Shown here one piece after another: positions 19,059 through 27,128 of a stretch of 64,000 bases of DNA; position 1 is the first letter of the stretch; the number at the start of each line of letters is the position of its first letter. The position numbers and the translations under genes are program-made. The DNA is taken from positions 3,121-67,120 of the forward strand of contig CAJOHZ010000011.1 of the NCBI GenBank assembly GCA_905234695.1, given 5' to 3'. The notes under the pieces were generated by a model. The model was not told the DNA's origin. It worked only from the letters and a program-made list of their open reading frames with translations, and did not search any database. Source of the DNA: an uncultured Bacteroidales bacterium (lineage in GTDB: Bacteria; Bacteroidota; Bacteroidia; Bacteroidales; P3).

Positions 19059-22000
19059 TCACCGTACCACCACGCGCTGGGCGGCGCCAGTGCCAATCTG
19101 GATGAGGTAGACACCTGCAGCGGGGAGACGGAAACTGTGGGTTTCGGGCAGGTTGTCTTGGGTGGCGAGCAGACGGCCCACCTCGTCGAAGATACGGACA
19201 CGCTTGCCTGCCGCACCTTGCACGGTGAGGATGCCACCTTCCACGGTAATGGTTGCCGAGGGGGATTCGACATTGGTGATGCCCACCGCGTCCACGTCGA
19301 AAGTGGCCGTCAGAGCGATGTCCTCCGTCACGAGGACATGCCTCGGATTCTCCGTGTTGCCGTCACTCCATTGCACGAAATGATTCCCACAGACCGGTAT
19401 GGCGGCAATCTCCACAATCGTGCTGTCAGCAAACCGCCCGCTTCCCACGGCAATGCCTATCTGCTGCACGGAGGAAACTTCCAAATTAAAAATTGAGAAT
19501 TGAGAATTGATAATTGTGTCGTGGACGGTGATAACGGTGGTGTCGTAGAGGGTGATAACGGTGGTATCGTGGAGAGTGATAACGGTGGTGTCGTGAATTG
19601 TGACAAGCGTCGTGTCATGGATAAAATGGTTGACAATGGTGGTGTCGTGGATATAGTTGTTGATATAGGTAGTATCGTGCACGGGAACAAAGGTGGTGTC
19701 ATGCACATAATGATGCATGACAGTCGTGTCATGCACGATAGTCGTATCATGCACAAGGGTCGTGTCGTATAGGGTGATGTATGCCGTATCGTGTACGGTG
19801 TGGTAGACAATCAAGTGGAGGGTGACGACGGAGTCGCAGCCCTGGACGTTGGAAAGAGTGTGGGTGTAGGTGCCCGAGGTCGAGAGAGTCGTGCCGAAGA
19901 AGTCGTAACTGCATTCCTCACAGATGGCCATGTCGATGGTAGCCGAGGTGGCCGTGCAGACAGTGGTGTGGAAGGCCCAGACATTGGACCAGTCGCTGGT
20001 GGTGTTGCCATTGGCCGAACGCACACGCCAATAGTAGTTCATATTGCGTGGCAAACCACTGATGCTGTAATGGGTATCGGCAGTGGTGTAGGAGGAGACG
20101 GCCGTCTGGAAGAGCGAGTCGAGAGAGAACTGCACCTGATAGGTCAGTGCGCCGAAGACGCTGCCCCACGAGAGCTGGACGCTAGACTGCTGTACATCGC
20201 TACGATTTGTGGGACTGACAAGCTGCGGTGCGGCGAGAATAACGTCGGCCGTAGTGAAATGCCATGTCGAAGACCAGGAGGTATTGCCCGCGGTGTTGGT
20301 GCCTTGCACTTTCCAGTAATAGGTGGTGGAAGGATAGAGGTTGTTGAGCATAGTGAAAGTGAGTGTCGTCTCACCGCGTGTCACAGTGTCGGAAAAAGAG
20401 GAATTGGTGCTGACCCAATAGCGGTAGCCCGTCATGTTGGCGAGCGACTGCCAGGAGAGGATGGCGGCATTGTGGGCCACGCCCACCGAGTCGTTGGCTG
20501 GCGAGGAGAGCGTGGGGCCAATGGTGACATTATACTGCGTGGTGAACTTCCATGTGAGCGACCACTCCGATGTATCGGCGGCATTGGAGGCCCGCACACG
20601 CCAGTAGTAGGTGGTGCCGTAGCGGAGACCCGTGGGGGTAGTATAGATATAGTTGTCGGTGTTGGTCTGCGAGACGGTCACATTCCGAGACTGCAACAGC
20701 GGTGAGGAGAATGTCGGAGTGGTGTCGACCTGCACCGCATAGGAGGTGCTACCTCTGTGATTGTTCCAATAGAGTTTGTACGTCGATATGTTATAGCCTG
20801 TTGAGTTATTTGAGGGGTCATTAAGCGAGGGTCGGACACCGGTGGTGAACTGACGCACCACCGACCACAGCGAGGAACTAGAGGCATTGCTGGCCTGGAC
20901 ACGCCAGTAGTAGCGGGTGCCATAGCGGAGATTGTTGACATAGGTAGATACGTAGCTGTCGGTGTTACTAACCGTATTACTGACAGTCGAAGTTCTCAGT
21001 AATGGCGAGGAAAATGTCTGGGAGGTGTCGACCTGGAGGGTGTAGGAGGTGCAACCGCGGGCGTTGTTCCACTGAAAGTTAATGCGAGTGTACTGTCCCG
21101 TGACATCCGCCGAAGGAGAGTTCAGACCGACTATCCTCTGCGTGCAGAACTGGCGGACGAATGACCAGCCGGAGGTATCCTGCGTGTGGTAAGCGCGCAC
21201 ACGCCAATAGTACCTGGTTCCGAAATGCATGTTGTTGACATACTTCGAGAGATTGTCGGTGTTGGAGAGGCTGCAGGTCACATTCTCTGTCTCCAGCAGG
21301 GGAGATGAAAAAGAGGGCGTGGTGTCCACCTGCAGGGTGTAACCAGTGGAGCCGTAGAAGTATTGCCACTGGAAATTCTGGCGGGTGTAGTAGCCAGCCG
21401 AACTTGTGTCGTTGCTGGGAGACGAGAGGTAGACCTTGTCGTCGGTAATGAACTGCCAGACATTGGACCAATCGGAAGTATCGGAGGCATTGATGGCCCG
21501 CACGCGCCAGTAGTAGTGCGTCCCGTAAAGCAGGTAGCTGACGTATTGGGAGAGATAACTGTCGGTATTGCTCTGCGTGTTGGTGACCGTGAATGTCTTC
21601 AAATGGGGCGAGGTGAAAGAGTCCGACGAGTCGACCTGCAGCTGATAAGAGGTGCATCCCACTGCGTTATTCCATTGGAGGTTCTGCCTGACGGTGGCGT
21701 TGGTCAATCCGTTGGAGGGGGAATAGAGGGTGACTCTGCTCTGCGTGTGGAACTGCCGCACGGCCGACCAGTCGGAGGTATCCTCCTGGTGGTAGGCCTG
21801 GACGCGCCAGTAGTACATTGTGCCGAAGCGCAATCCGTAGACGTACTTGGAGAGATTGTCGGTGTTGGAGAGAGTGCTGGCGACCGTTTCGGTACGCAAG
21901 AGGGGCGACGAGAAGGCGGGTGTGGTGTCGACCTGAAGGGTGTAGCCCGTAGAGCCGTAGAAGTATTGCCACTGGAAATGGATGCGGGAATAGTAGTTGC

Positions 22001-22406
22001 CCGTAGAACTTGTGTCGTTGTTGGGAGACGAGAGGTAAGGGTGATAGTCGGTATGAAAATTCCTCACTGCCGACCAATCGGAGGTGTCGGTGGCATTGTA
22101 GGCACGGACACGCCAGTAGTAGGTAGTGTTGTAGTGCAGGTAGTTGTGATAGCGGCTCGGCGCGGTGGAGGACGAAGAGGTGTTGGTCTGCGTGGCCTCA
22201 TAGAACATGGGCGACGAGAAAGTGGCCGAGGTATCCAATTGGAAAATATAACCTGTAGCTGCCGTAATGCGCGACCACGAGAATGTCTGCCTGACGGTGG
22301 CGTTGGTCAATCCGTTGGAGGGGCTGAGGAGCGTCGGAATCGCCATCTGTGCCGATGCGCAAACTGCGACAGCGATGAAAGACAAAAGGATAGAGAATTT
22401 CTTCAT
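19059..22406 (-). CDS. T9SS-secreted surface repeat protein (8 FN3-like repeats, GCDS module, HDTT tract, InlB-B-like repeat, type-A CTD)
   Basis: Signal peptide MKKFSILLSFIAVAVCASAQ. Eight ~97-aa repeats end in 'YYWRVRA..DTSDWS'. It also has 'GCDSVVTLHLIV'. The C-terminal 'VRIFDEVGRLLATQ...AGVYLIQIGTGAAQRVVVR' is a Por_Secre_tail-type sorting domain. Confidence 0.8.
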   Translation of the reverse strand: MKKFSILLSFIAVAVCASAQMAIPTLLSPSNGLTNATVRQTFSWSRITAATGYIFQLDTSATFSSPMFYEATQTNTSSSSTAPSRYHNYLHYNTTYYWRVRAYNATDTSDWSAVRNFHTDYHPYLSSPNNDTSSTGNYYSRIHFQWQYFYGSTGYTLQVDTTPAFSSPLLRTETVASTLSNTDNLSKYVYGLRFGTMYYWRVQAYHQEDTSDWSAVRQFHTQSRVTLYSPSNGLTNATVRQNLQWNNAVGCTSYQLQVDSSDSFTSPHLKTFTVTNTQSNTDSYLSQYVSYLLYGTHYYWRVRAINASDTSDWSNVWQFITDDKVYLSSPSNDTSSAGYYTRQNFQWQYFYGSTGYTLQVDTTPSFSSPLLETENVTCSLSNTDNLSKYVNNMHFGTRYYWRVRAYHTQDTSGWSFVRQFCTQRIVGLNSPSADVTGQYTRINFQWNNARGCTSYTLQVDTSQTFSSPLLRTSTVSNTVSNTDSYVSTYVNNLRYGTRYYWRVQASNASSSSLWSVVRQFTTGVRPSLNDPSNNSTGYNISTYKLYWNNHRGSTSYAVQVDTTPTFSSPLLQSRNVTVSQTNTDNYIYTTPTGLRYGTTYYWRVRASNAADTSEWSLTWKFTTQYNVTIGPTLSSPANDSVGVAHNAAILSWQSLANMTGYRYWVSTNSSFSDTVTRGETTLTFTMLNNLYPSTTYYWKVQGTNTAGNTSWSSTWHFTTADVILAAPQLVSPTNRSDVQQSSVQLSWGSVFGALTYQVQFSLDSLFQTAVSSYTTADTHYSISGLPRNMNYYWRVRSANGNTTSDWSNVWAFHTTVCTATSATIDMAICEECSYDFFGTTLSTSGTYTHTLSNVQGCDSVVTLHLIVYHTVHDTAYITLYDTTLVHDTTIVHDTTVMHHYVHDTTFVPVHDTTYINNYIHDTTIVNHFIHDTTLVTIHDTTVITLHDTTVITLYDTTVITVHDTIINSQFSIFNLEVSSVQQIGIAVGSGRFADSTIVEIAAIPVCGNHFVQWSDGNTENPRHVLVTEDIALTATFDVDAVGITNVESPSATITVEGGILTVQGAAGKRVRIFDEVGRLLATQDNLPETHSFRLPAAGVYLIQIGTGAAQRVVVR
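19483..19516 (-). repeat. heptad tract inside the 1115-aa T9SS protein CDS
   Basis: The plus strand reads AAATTAA AAATTGA GAATTGA GAATTGA TAATTG. The sense strand encodes IINSQFSIFNLE. Confidence 0.9.
19509..19808 (-). repeat. 100-aa (H/Y)DTT(V/I/L) short-period tract
   Basis: VYHTVHDTAYITLYDTTLVHDTTIVHDTTVMHHYVHDTTFVPVHDTTYINNYIHDTTIVNHFIHDTTLVTIHDTTVITLHDTTVITLYDTTVITVHDTII. Confidence 0.85.
19962..22334 (-). repeat. array of eight ~97-aa FN3-like repeats (coordinates approximate)
   Basis: Each unit ends in 'YYW(R/K)V(R/Q)A..(DTS)(D/E/G)WS...F.T'. Units 2 and 4 are very similar (FQWQYFYGSTGYTLQVDTTP.FSSPLL.TE.V...LSNTDNLSKYV), and units 1, 3 and 5 form a second subtype. Confidence 0.75.
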
Positions 22407-22432
22407 AATCTATGAGGTTTTATTTTCGGCTG

Positions 22433-22440
22433 CAAAGATA
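22433..22440 (-). promoter_or_regulatory. -7 box TATCTTTG upstream of the 1115-aa T9SS protein
   Basis: The plus strand reads CAAAGATA, 27 nt upstream of the start at 22406. Confidence 0.6.
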
Positions 22441-22514
22441 CGAACTTTTTCTGAATAAACAACTTTACCCCCGATCCATTCGATAGGGGGTGTATTATGA
22501 TGTGTATCAGTATA

Positions 22515-24476
22515 TTACAGAATAATATTTTCTTTGCAAGCACGGGCGATGCCCTCGGGGTCGATGCCACAGTCTTTTTGCAGCTGGGACACACTACCGT
22601 GGGTGACATAGGCATCAGGAAGACCAAGGATGCGGATGTCGGGCAGGCGGGTGGCCTTACTACTGTAGTATTCCACCACGGCGCTGCCGAGACCGCCGAT
22701 ACGGACGCCGTCCTCGACGGTGACAATTCTCTTATACCCCGCAGCGGCGATGCTGTCGAGCAAATCGGTGTCGAGGGGTTTGAGCCAACGCATGTCGTAG
22801 ACGGTGGCAGAGACCCCCTCCTGCTCCAGCAGACGGGCGGCTTCTAGGGCGTTGTTGCCAATATGGCCGAGGCTGAGGATGGCGACATCCTTGCCCTCAC
22901 GCACACAGTGTCCCTTGCCAATGGGGAGTTTCTCAAAGGGGCTCTTCCAGTCAGCGTGGACGCTGAGTCCTCGGGGGTAACGGATAGCCACAGGTCCCTG
23001 CCCTTCCAGTTGGGCCGTGTACATCATATTGCGCAACTCGTGCTCATCCATGGGGGCACAGATGGCGAGGCCGGGAATGGGCCGCAGGCAGGCAAGGTCG
23101 AAAGCGCCATGGTGCGTGGGACCGTCGTCGCCCACCAGTCCAGCGCGGTCGAAACAGAAGACCACAGGCAGCCTTTGCAGCGCCACGTCATGGATAATCT
23201 GATCGTATGCCCGTTGTGCAAACGAGGAGTAAATATTGCAGAAGGGTTGCATCCCCTGCGCCGCAAGGCCGGCGGCGAAGGTGACGGCATGCTGCTCGCA
23301 AATGCCGACATCGAATGCCCTGTCGGGCATCTGCTCCATCATCAGGCTAAGCGAGCACCCTGTAGGCATGGCGGGCGTGATGCCGACAATGCGGGGGTTC
23401 TGCTCTGCCAGCTCGATGATGGTACGGCCAAAGACGTCTTGGTATTTTAATGCATTCGTATGGGGTTGTGGAATTGTGTTGGTGGCTGCAGTCCCATTCT
23501 CACAATCACGCATTCCCGTATTTCCACATTCCTTAATTCTCTCGCCCGTTTCGGCATCATAGAGGCCGGGGGCGTGGTAAACCACGGGGTCCTGCTCGGC
23601 GGCAATAAGACCCTTGCCCTTCCTGGTGACTACGTGGAGCAGTTTGGGTCCCTTGATGCCTTTGAGCCGTGACAGCACCTCAACCAGACTGTCGATGTCG
23701 TGCCCGTCGATGGGGCCAAAGTAGCGTATGCCCAACGACTCGAAGAGGTTGGGTGCGCCCAAAACGGCCGTCTTGGCCATGAAGGTGAGCCGCTGGAAGA
23801 GATTGATGGTATGGTGATGGCGTTCGTCGCTGTCCTTGTCGCCCCCCAGCCGCGTCCAAACCGACTCTTTCAGTCGGTTGTACTTGGGCGAGGCGGTAAT
23901 CTTGGTCAGGTAGCGGCTCAGTCCTCCCACAGCCTCGTCGATGCTGATGCCGTTGTCGTTGAGCACCACCAGCATGTTGGCCCGTGAGACCCCCATGTTG
24001 TTCATCCCCTCGAAGGCCTCACCGCCGGTGAGGGCGCCATCGCCGATGACGGCGATATGCTGGCGGGTGGTGTTGCCCTGCAGGCGCGAGGCGGTAGCCA
24101 TGCCCAGAGCCGCACTGATGGAGGTGGAGCTGTGGCCCGTGCCAAACGCGTCGTACGGACTCTCGTCCATGCGGGGGAAGCCGCTCAATCCGCCGTAGGT
24201 GCGGATGGTGGCGAAGCTGTCGCGACGGCCAGTGAGTATCTTGTGAGCGTAAGCCTGATGGCCTACATCCCATATCAGTTTATCATCGGGAGTGTTGAAG
24301 ACATAGTGCAAAGCCACAGCCAACTCCACCGCCCCGAGACTGGAGGCCAGGTGACCGGGATGGTGCGAGAGGGTGTCGATAATATAGCGGCGCACCTCGG
24401 TAGCCAGCTCGGCGAGCTGGTTCTGCGGAAGTTTGCGGAGGTCGTCAGGGGTGTTGATAGATGAAAGATGAGTCAC
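22515..24476 (-). CDS. dxs: 1-deoxy-D-xylulose-5-phosphate synthase
   Basis: The N-terminus 'GHLASSLGAVELAVALHYVF' and the TPP motif 'GDGALTGGEAFEGMNN' are present. The start codon is GTG (plus-strand 'cac' at 24474-24476). Confidence 0.93.
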   Translation of the reverse strand: MTHLSSINTPDDLRKLPQNQLAELATEVRRYIIDTLSHHPGHLASSLGAVELAVALHYVFNTPDDKLIWDVGHQAYAHKILTGRRDSFATIRTYGGLSGFPRMDESPYDAFGTGHSSTSISAALGMATASRLQGNTTRQHIAVIGDGALTGGEAFEGMNNMGVSRANMLVVLNDNGISIDEAVGGLSRYLTKITASPKYNRLKESVWTRLGGDKDSDERHHHTINLFQRLTFMAKTAVLGAPNLFESLGIRYFGPIDGHDIDSLVEVLSRLKGIKGPKLLHVVTRKGKGLIAAEQDPVVYHAPGLYDAETGERIKECGNTGMRDCENGTAATNTIPQPHTNALKYQDVFGRTIIELAEQNPRIVGITPAMPTGCSLSLMMEQMPDRAFDVGICEQHAVTFAAGLAAQGMQPFCNIYSSFAQRAYDQIIHDVALQRLPVVFCFDRAGLVGDDGPTHHGAFDLACLRPIPGLAICAPMDEHELRNMMYTAQLEGQGPVAIRYPRGLSVHADWKSPFEKLPIGKGHCVREGKDVAILSLGHIGNNALEAARLLEQEGVSATVYDMRWLKPLDTDLLDSIAAAGYKRIVTVEDGVRIGGLGSAVVEYYSSKATRLPDIRILGLPDAYVTHGSVSQLQKDCGIDPEGIARACKENIIL

Positions 24477-24518
24477 TTCTTAGTTCCTACTTCTTAATTC
24501 TTAGTTCTTATTTCAATT
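24477..24518 (-). repeat. six heptads filling the entire 31-nt spacer before dxs
   Basis: The plus strand reads TTCTTAG TTCCTAC TTCTTAA TTCTTAG TTCTTAT TTCAATT. The sense strand has TAA/TAG every 7 nt (24510, 24503, 24496, 24489, 24482), covering all three frames. Confidence 0.9.
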
Positions 24519-25539
24519 GGTATGCAGGGGCAGATTTCTCGATGGGTTTGAACTCTTTGTTAAGCCGCTTGTCTTTGACGCGGCCTTGGGCACCGGTGCG
24601 CAGCTCCCATTTGCCGCTGCCCCAAACATAAGCCAACTCGGCTCCCGAGGGCACATAGTATTGGAAGAGGCCTTCCATGCCGGTCACCTGCGGGCCTACT
24701 TCGTCGAAGATAATCATGCGCATCTTCTCGTCGCGCACCTTGGCGGTGGGGGCCGAAACCACCTTCTCCTGGGCGGTGGCGTTCTTGCCCCTGCCCCGCT
24801 TGTTGCGCTTGCCACGCGACACTCGCTTGGCACGGATTCGCTCCACCTTGCGGACAAACTGCTCTTCGTAGCGCAGGTTGACCATCGCAAGGTCGGTATA
24901 CTCCAACACCACCCGTCGCAGGTTGCGTTCTTTGCGGAAAAGGGCCTGCCCGAACTGAGGCACCGCGCCACCGCTCTTGAAACACACAGGCTCGATAACC
25001 TTGCGCTGGGTGAGGTTGTCGACCCCGCTCCAGCCCAGAAGGGTATAATAGGTCTTCCCATCGTGGGTGGTGGTGATGAGTTCTTGATATACGGCACCGT
25101 ACCAGTTGTCGTGCGTCAGCGTCGACTCCTGCCGGTTGACAATATCCTCGGACTTGTCGTTGAGTTCATAGACCTCGTACTCGTCCGTTTTCTCGTTCAG
25201 TGCCTGCACGAAACCGAAACACTCGTACTCGCCCTCGTCGTTGACCACAGGCCAGGTGACGATGCGGAATTTGCGGTCGGCAGAGGTGAGTACCGACACC
25301 CGATTGCCGAAATCCCACTCCCAGCGGATGGAGTTCTCGACAGCCAGAGCTTCGGCAAAGAGCCGCACGGCAGATTCGTTGGCATAGTAGCGCAGGTTGT
25401 CGGCCGGAGCCTCATAGACCTCGGCAAAAAGCTGCTGGAGACGCGACTGGTAGTCGGCCATCAGCTGCTTGTCCTGCGCCGCCACCGGCCAGCCGGCAAC
25501 GGCTCCCAGCATAAACACCAAGAGCACTTTCCATTTCAT
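24508..25539 (-). CDS. hypothetical secreted protein
   Basis: Signal peptide MKWKVLLVFMLGAVAGWPVAAQ. It has coding-like composition and an internal Lys/Arg-rich segment (RAKRVSRGKRNKRGRGK). I recognise no family. Confidence 0.6.
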   Translation of the reverse strand: MKWKVLLVFMLGAVAGWPVAAQDKQLMADYQSRLQQLFAEVYEAPADNLRYYANESAVRLFAEALAVENSIRWEWDFGNRVSVLTSADRKFRIVTWPVVNDEGEYECFGFVQALNEKTDEYEVYELNDKSEDIVNRQESTLTHDNWYGAVYQELITTTHDGKTYYTLLGWSGVDNLTQRKVIEPVCFKSGGAVPQFGQALFRKERNLRRVVLEYTDLAMVNLRYEEQFVRKVERIRAKRVSRGKRNKRGRGKNATAQEKVVSAPTAKVRDEKMRMIIFDEVGPQVTGMEGLFQYYVPSGAELAYVWGSGKWELRTGAQGRVKDKRLNKEFKPIEKSAPAYQLK

Positions 25540-25726
25540 ACTTCCTTTCTTAACGTGGAACCTCTGTAAATATTACATGAAGAAGGAAAAAAGTTTGGAA
25601 TTGGAGGTGAGGATTTTGCAAACGGAAGGTTGCGGGGTAGCCGCGGCACGCCTACCGACCGAGCTGTGTTTAACGGCGTTGCGATTTTATTTTCCCTGCC
25701 TTATGCGTCAAATGGATTTTTTTGCG

Positions 25727-25734
25727 TAAATTTG
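25727..25734 (+). promoter_or_regulatory. -7 box TAAATTTG immediately before dapD
   Basis: Matches the consensus and ends only 5 nt before the ATG at 25740, which implies a leaderless or near-leaderless mRNA. Confidence 0.4.
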
Positions 25735-25739
25735 CAGGC

Positions 25740-26558
25740 ATGAAAGAAGAGACCCGACAACTGATAGAAGCCGCCTGGGACGACCGCCGCCGACTGGAAG
25801 AGGAGCGCGTCCGCGAGGCCATCCGCGAGGCCGTCGACGCACTGGATTGCGGAGCGGCGCGCATCGCTGAAAAACACAACGGCACCTGGCAGGTGAACGA
25901 ATGGCTGAAGAAAGCTGTGCTATTGTATTTCCCCATCTGCGGAATGCAGACCTGCGAAGCCGGTCCCCTGGAGTTCCACGACAAGATTCCGCTGAAACAC
26001 GGCTACGCCGAACAGCAGGTGCGGGTGGTACCCCACGCCGTGGCGCGCCATGGCGCCTACCTGGCCCCCGGAGTGGTGATGATGCCGTCGTATGTCAATA
26101 TCGGAGCCTACGTGGACAGCGGCACGATGGTCGACACATGGGCCACCGTGGGAAGTTGCGCCCAGATAGGCAAGAACGTGCACCTCAGCGGCGGTGTGGG
26201 CATCGGCGGCGTGCTGGAGCCCGTGCAGGCCGCCCCCGTGATTATCGAGGACCACTGCTTCATTGGCAGCCGCTGCATCGTGGTCGAAGGGGTGATTGTC
26301 GAGGAGGAAGCCGTGCTGGGAGCCAATACGGTATTGACCGCCAGCACACATATCATCGACGTCACCGGCCCCGAACCCGTGACCTACAAGGGACGTGTGC
26401 CGGCCCGCAGCGTAGTGGTGCCGGGCAGTTACACCCGCCATTTCCCCGCTGGCGACTACCAAGTGAGCTGCGCCCTTATCATCGGCCGCCGCACCGAGAA
26501 CACCGACAAAAAAACCTCGCTCAACGAAGCCCTGAGAGACTACGGGGTGAGCGTGTGA
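25740..26558 (+). CDS. dapD: 2,3,4,5-tetrahydropyridine-2,6-dicarboxylate N-succinyltransferase
   Basis: Start MKEETRQLIEAAWDDRR. It has hexapeptide-repeat left-handed beta-helix strings (GAYVDSGTMVDTWATVGSCAQIGKNVHLSGGVGIGGVLEP). Confidence 0.88.
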   Translation: MKEETRQLIEAAWDDRRRLEEERVREAIREAVDALDCGAARIAEKHNGTWQVNEWLKKAVLLYFPICGMQTCEAGPLEFHDKIPLKHGYAEQQVRVVPHAVARHGAYLAPGVVMMPSYVNIGAYVDSGTMVDTWATVGSCAQIGKNVHLSGGVGIGGVLEPVQAAPVIIEDHCFIGSRCIVVEGVIVEEEAVLGANTVLTASTHIIDVTGPEPVTYKGRVPARSVVVPGSYTRHFPAGDYQVSCALIIGRRTENTDKKTSLNEALRDYGVSV

Positions 26559-26608
26559 GATGAGAGTTGAGAGTCAAGAATATCATTAAACATTCAACAA
26601 TTCAACAT
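26556..26608 (+). repeat. heptad-like tracts after dapD stop
   Basis: TGAGA TGAGAGT TGAGAGT CAAGAAT ... CATTCAA CAATTCAA CAT. Confidence 0.6.
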
Positions 26609-26621
26609 AGCCACTTACAAA

Positions 26622-27014
26622 ATGAAACACCTTTCACCTTATCGAGTCCTTGGAATCATCTGTATCGCCCTTTTGATGACGCTCTCCGGCTGCAAGAAAA
26701 AAGTGGACGACGTGGCTTTCAGCGGCACCGTATATGAGTTCTGCGAATGCACCCTCTCGTCAATGAGCATCTCCGAACAGGACTGGGGTTACATCGTCTC
26801 GCTCGACACCCCCGAGGGGATGGGTCGCGACTACACCGACGTCGACGACACGGTGCGCAAGAACTGCATCATCTTGTACCGCACCAAAGCCAAATACCGT
26901 TCCGGCCAGGCCATCAAGGGCAGGCTCTATTTCGACGACGAATACTCACGCGCCTACTGCAACTATCACAATGTGCCCGACCTGCCCGAAGCGGTGTGCT
27001 ATTCGCTGGAATAG
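26622..27014 (+). CDS. hypothetical lipoprotein
   Basis: Lipobox 'LLMTLSG|C'. 130 aa with no recognised family. Confidence 0.55.
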   Translation: MKHLSPYRVLGIICIALLMTLSGCKKKVDDVAFSGTVYEFCECTLSSMSISEQDWGYIVSLDTPEGMGRDYTDVDDTVRKNCIILYRTKAKYRSGQAIKGRLYFDDEYSRAYCNYHNVPDLPEAVCYSLE

Positions 27015-27083
27015 ACGGACAGGTTATCAACAGAATGTTGAAAAAAAATCACTCCGAAGTGCCGCCATCTCAAAAATATATGC

Positions 27084-27091
27084 TAATTTTG
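27084..27091 (+). promoter_or_regulatory. -7 box TAATTTTG upstream of dnaN
   Basis: Matches the consensus, 38 nt before the ATG at 27129. Confidence 0.55.
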
Positions 27092-27128
27092 CAACCGATT
27101 ACATACTGATAACAAAACACAGAACAAT

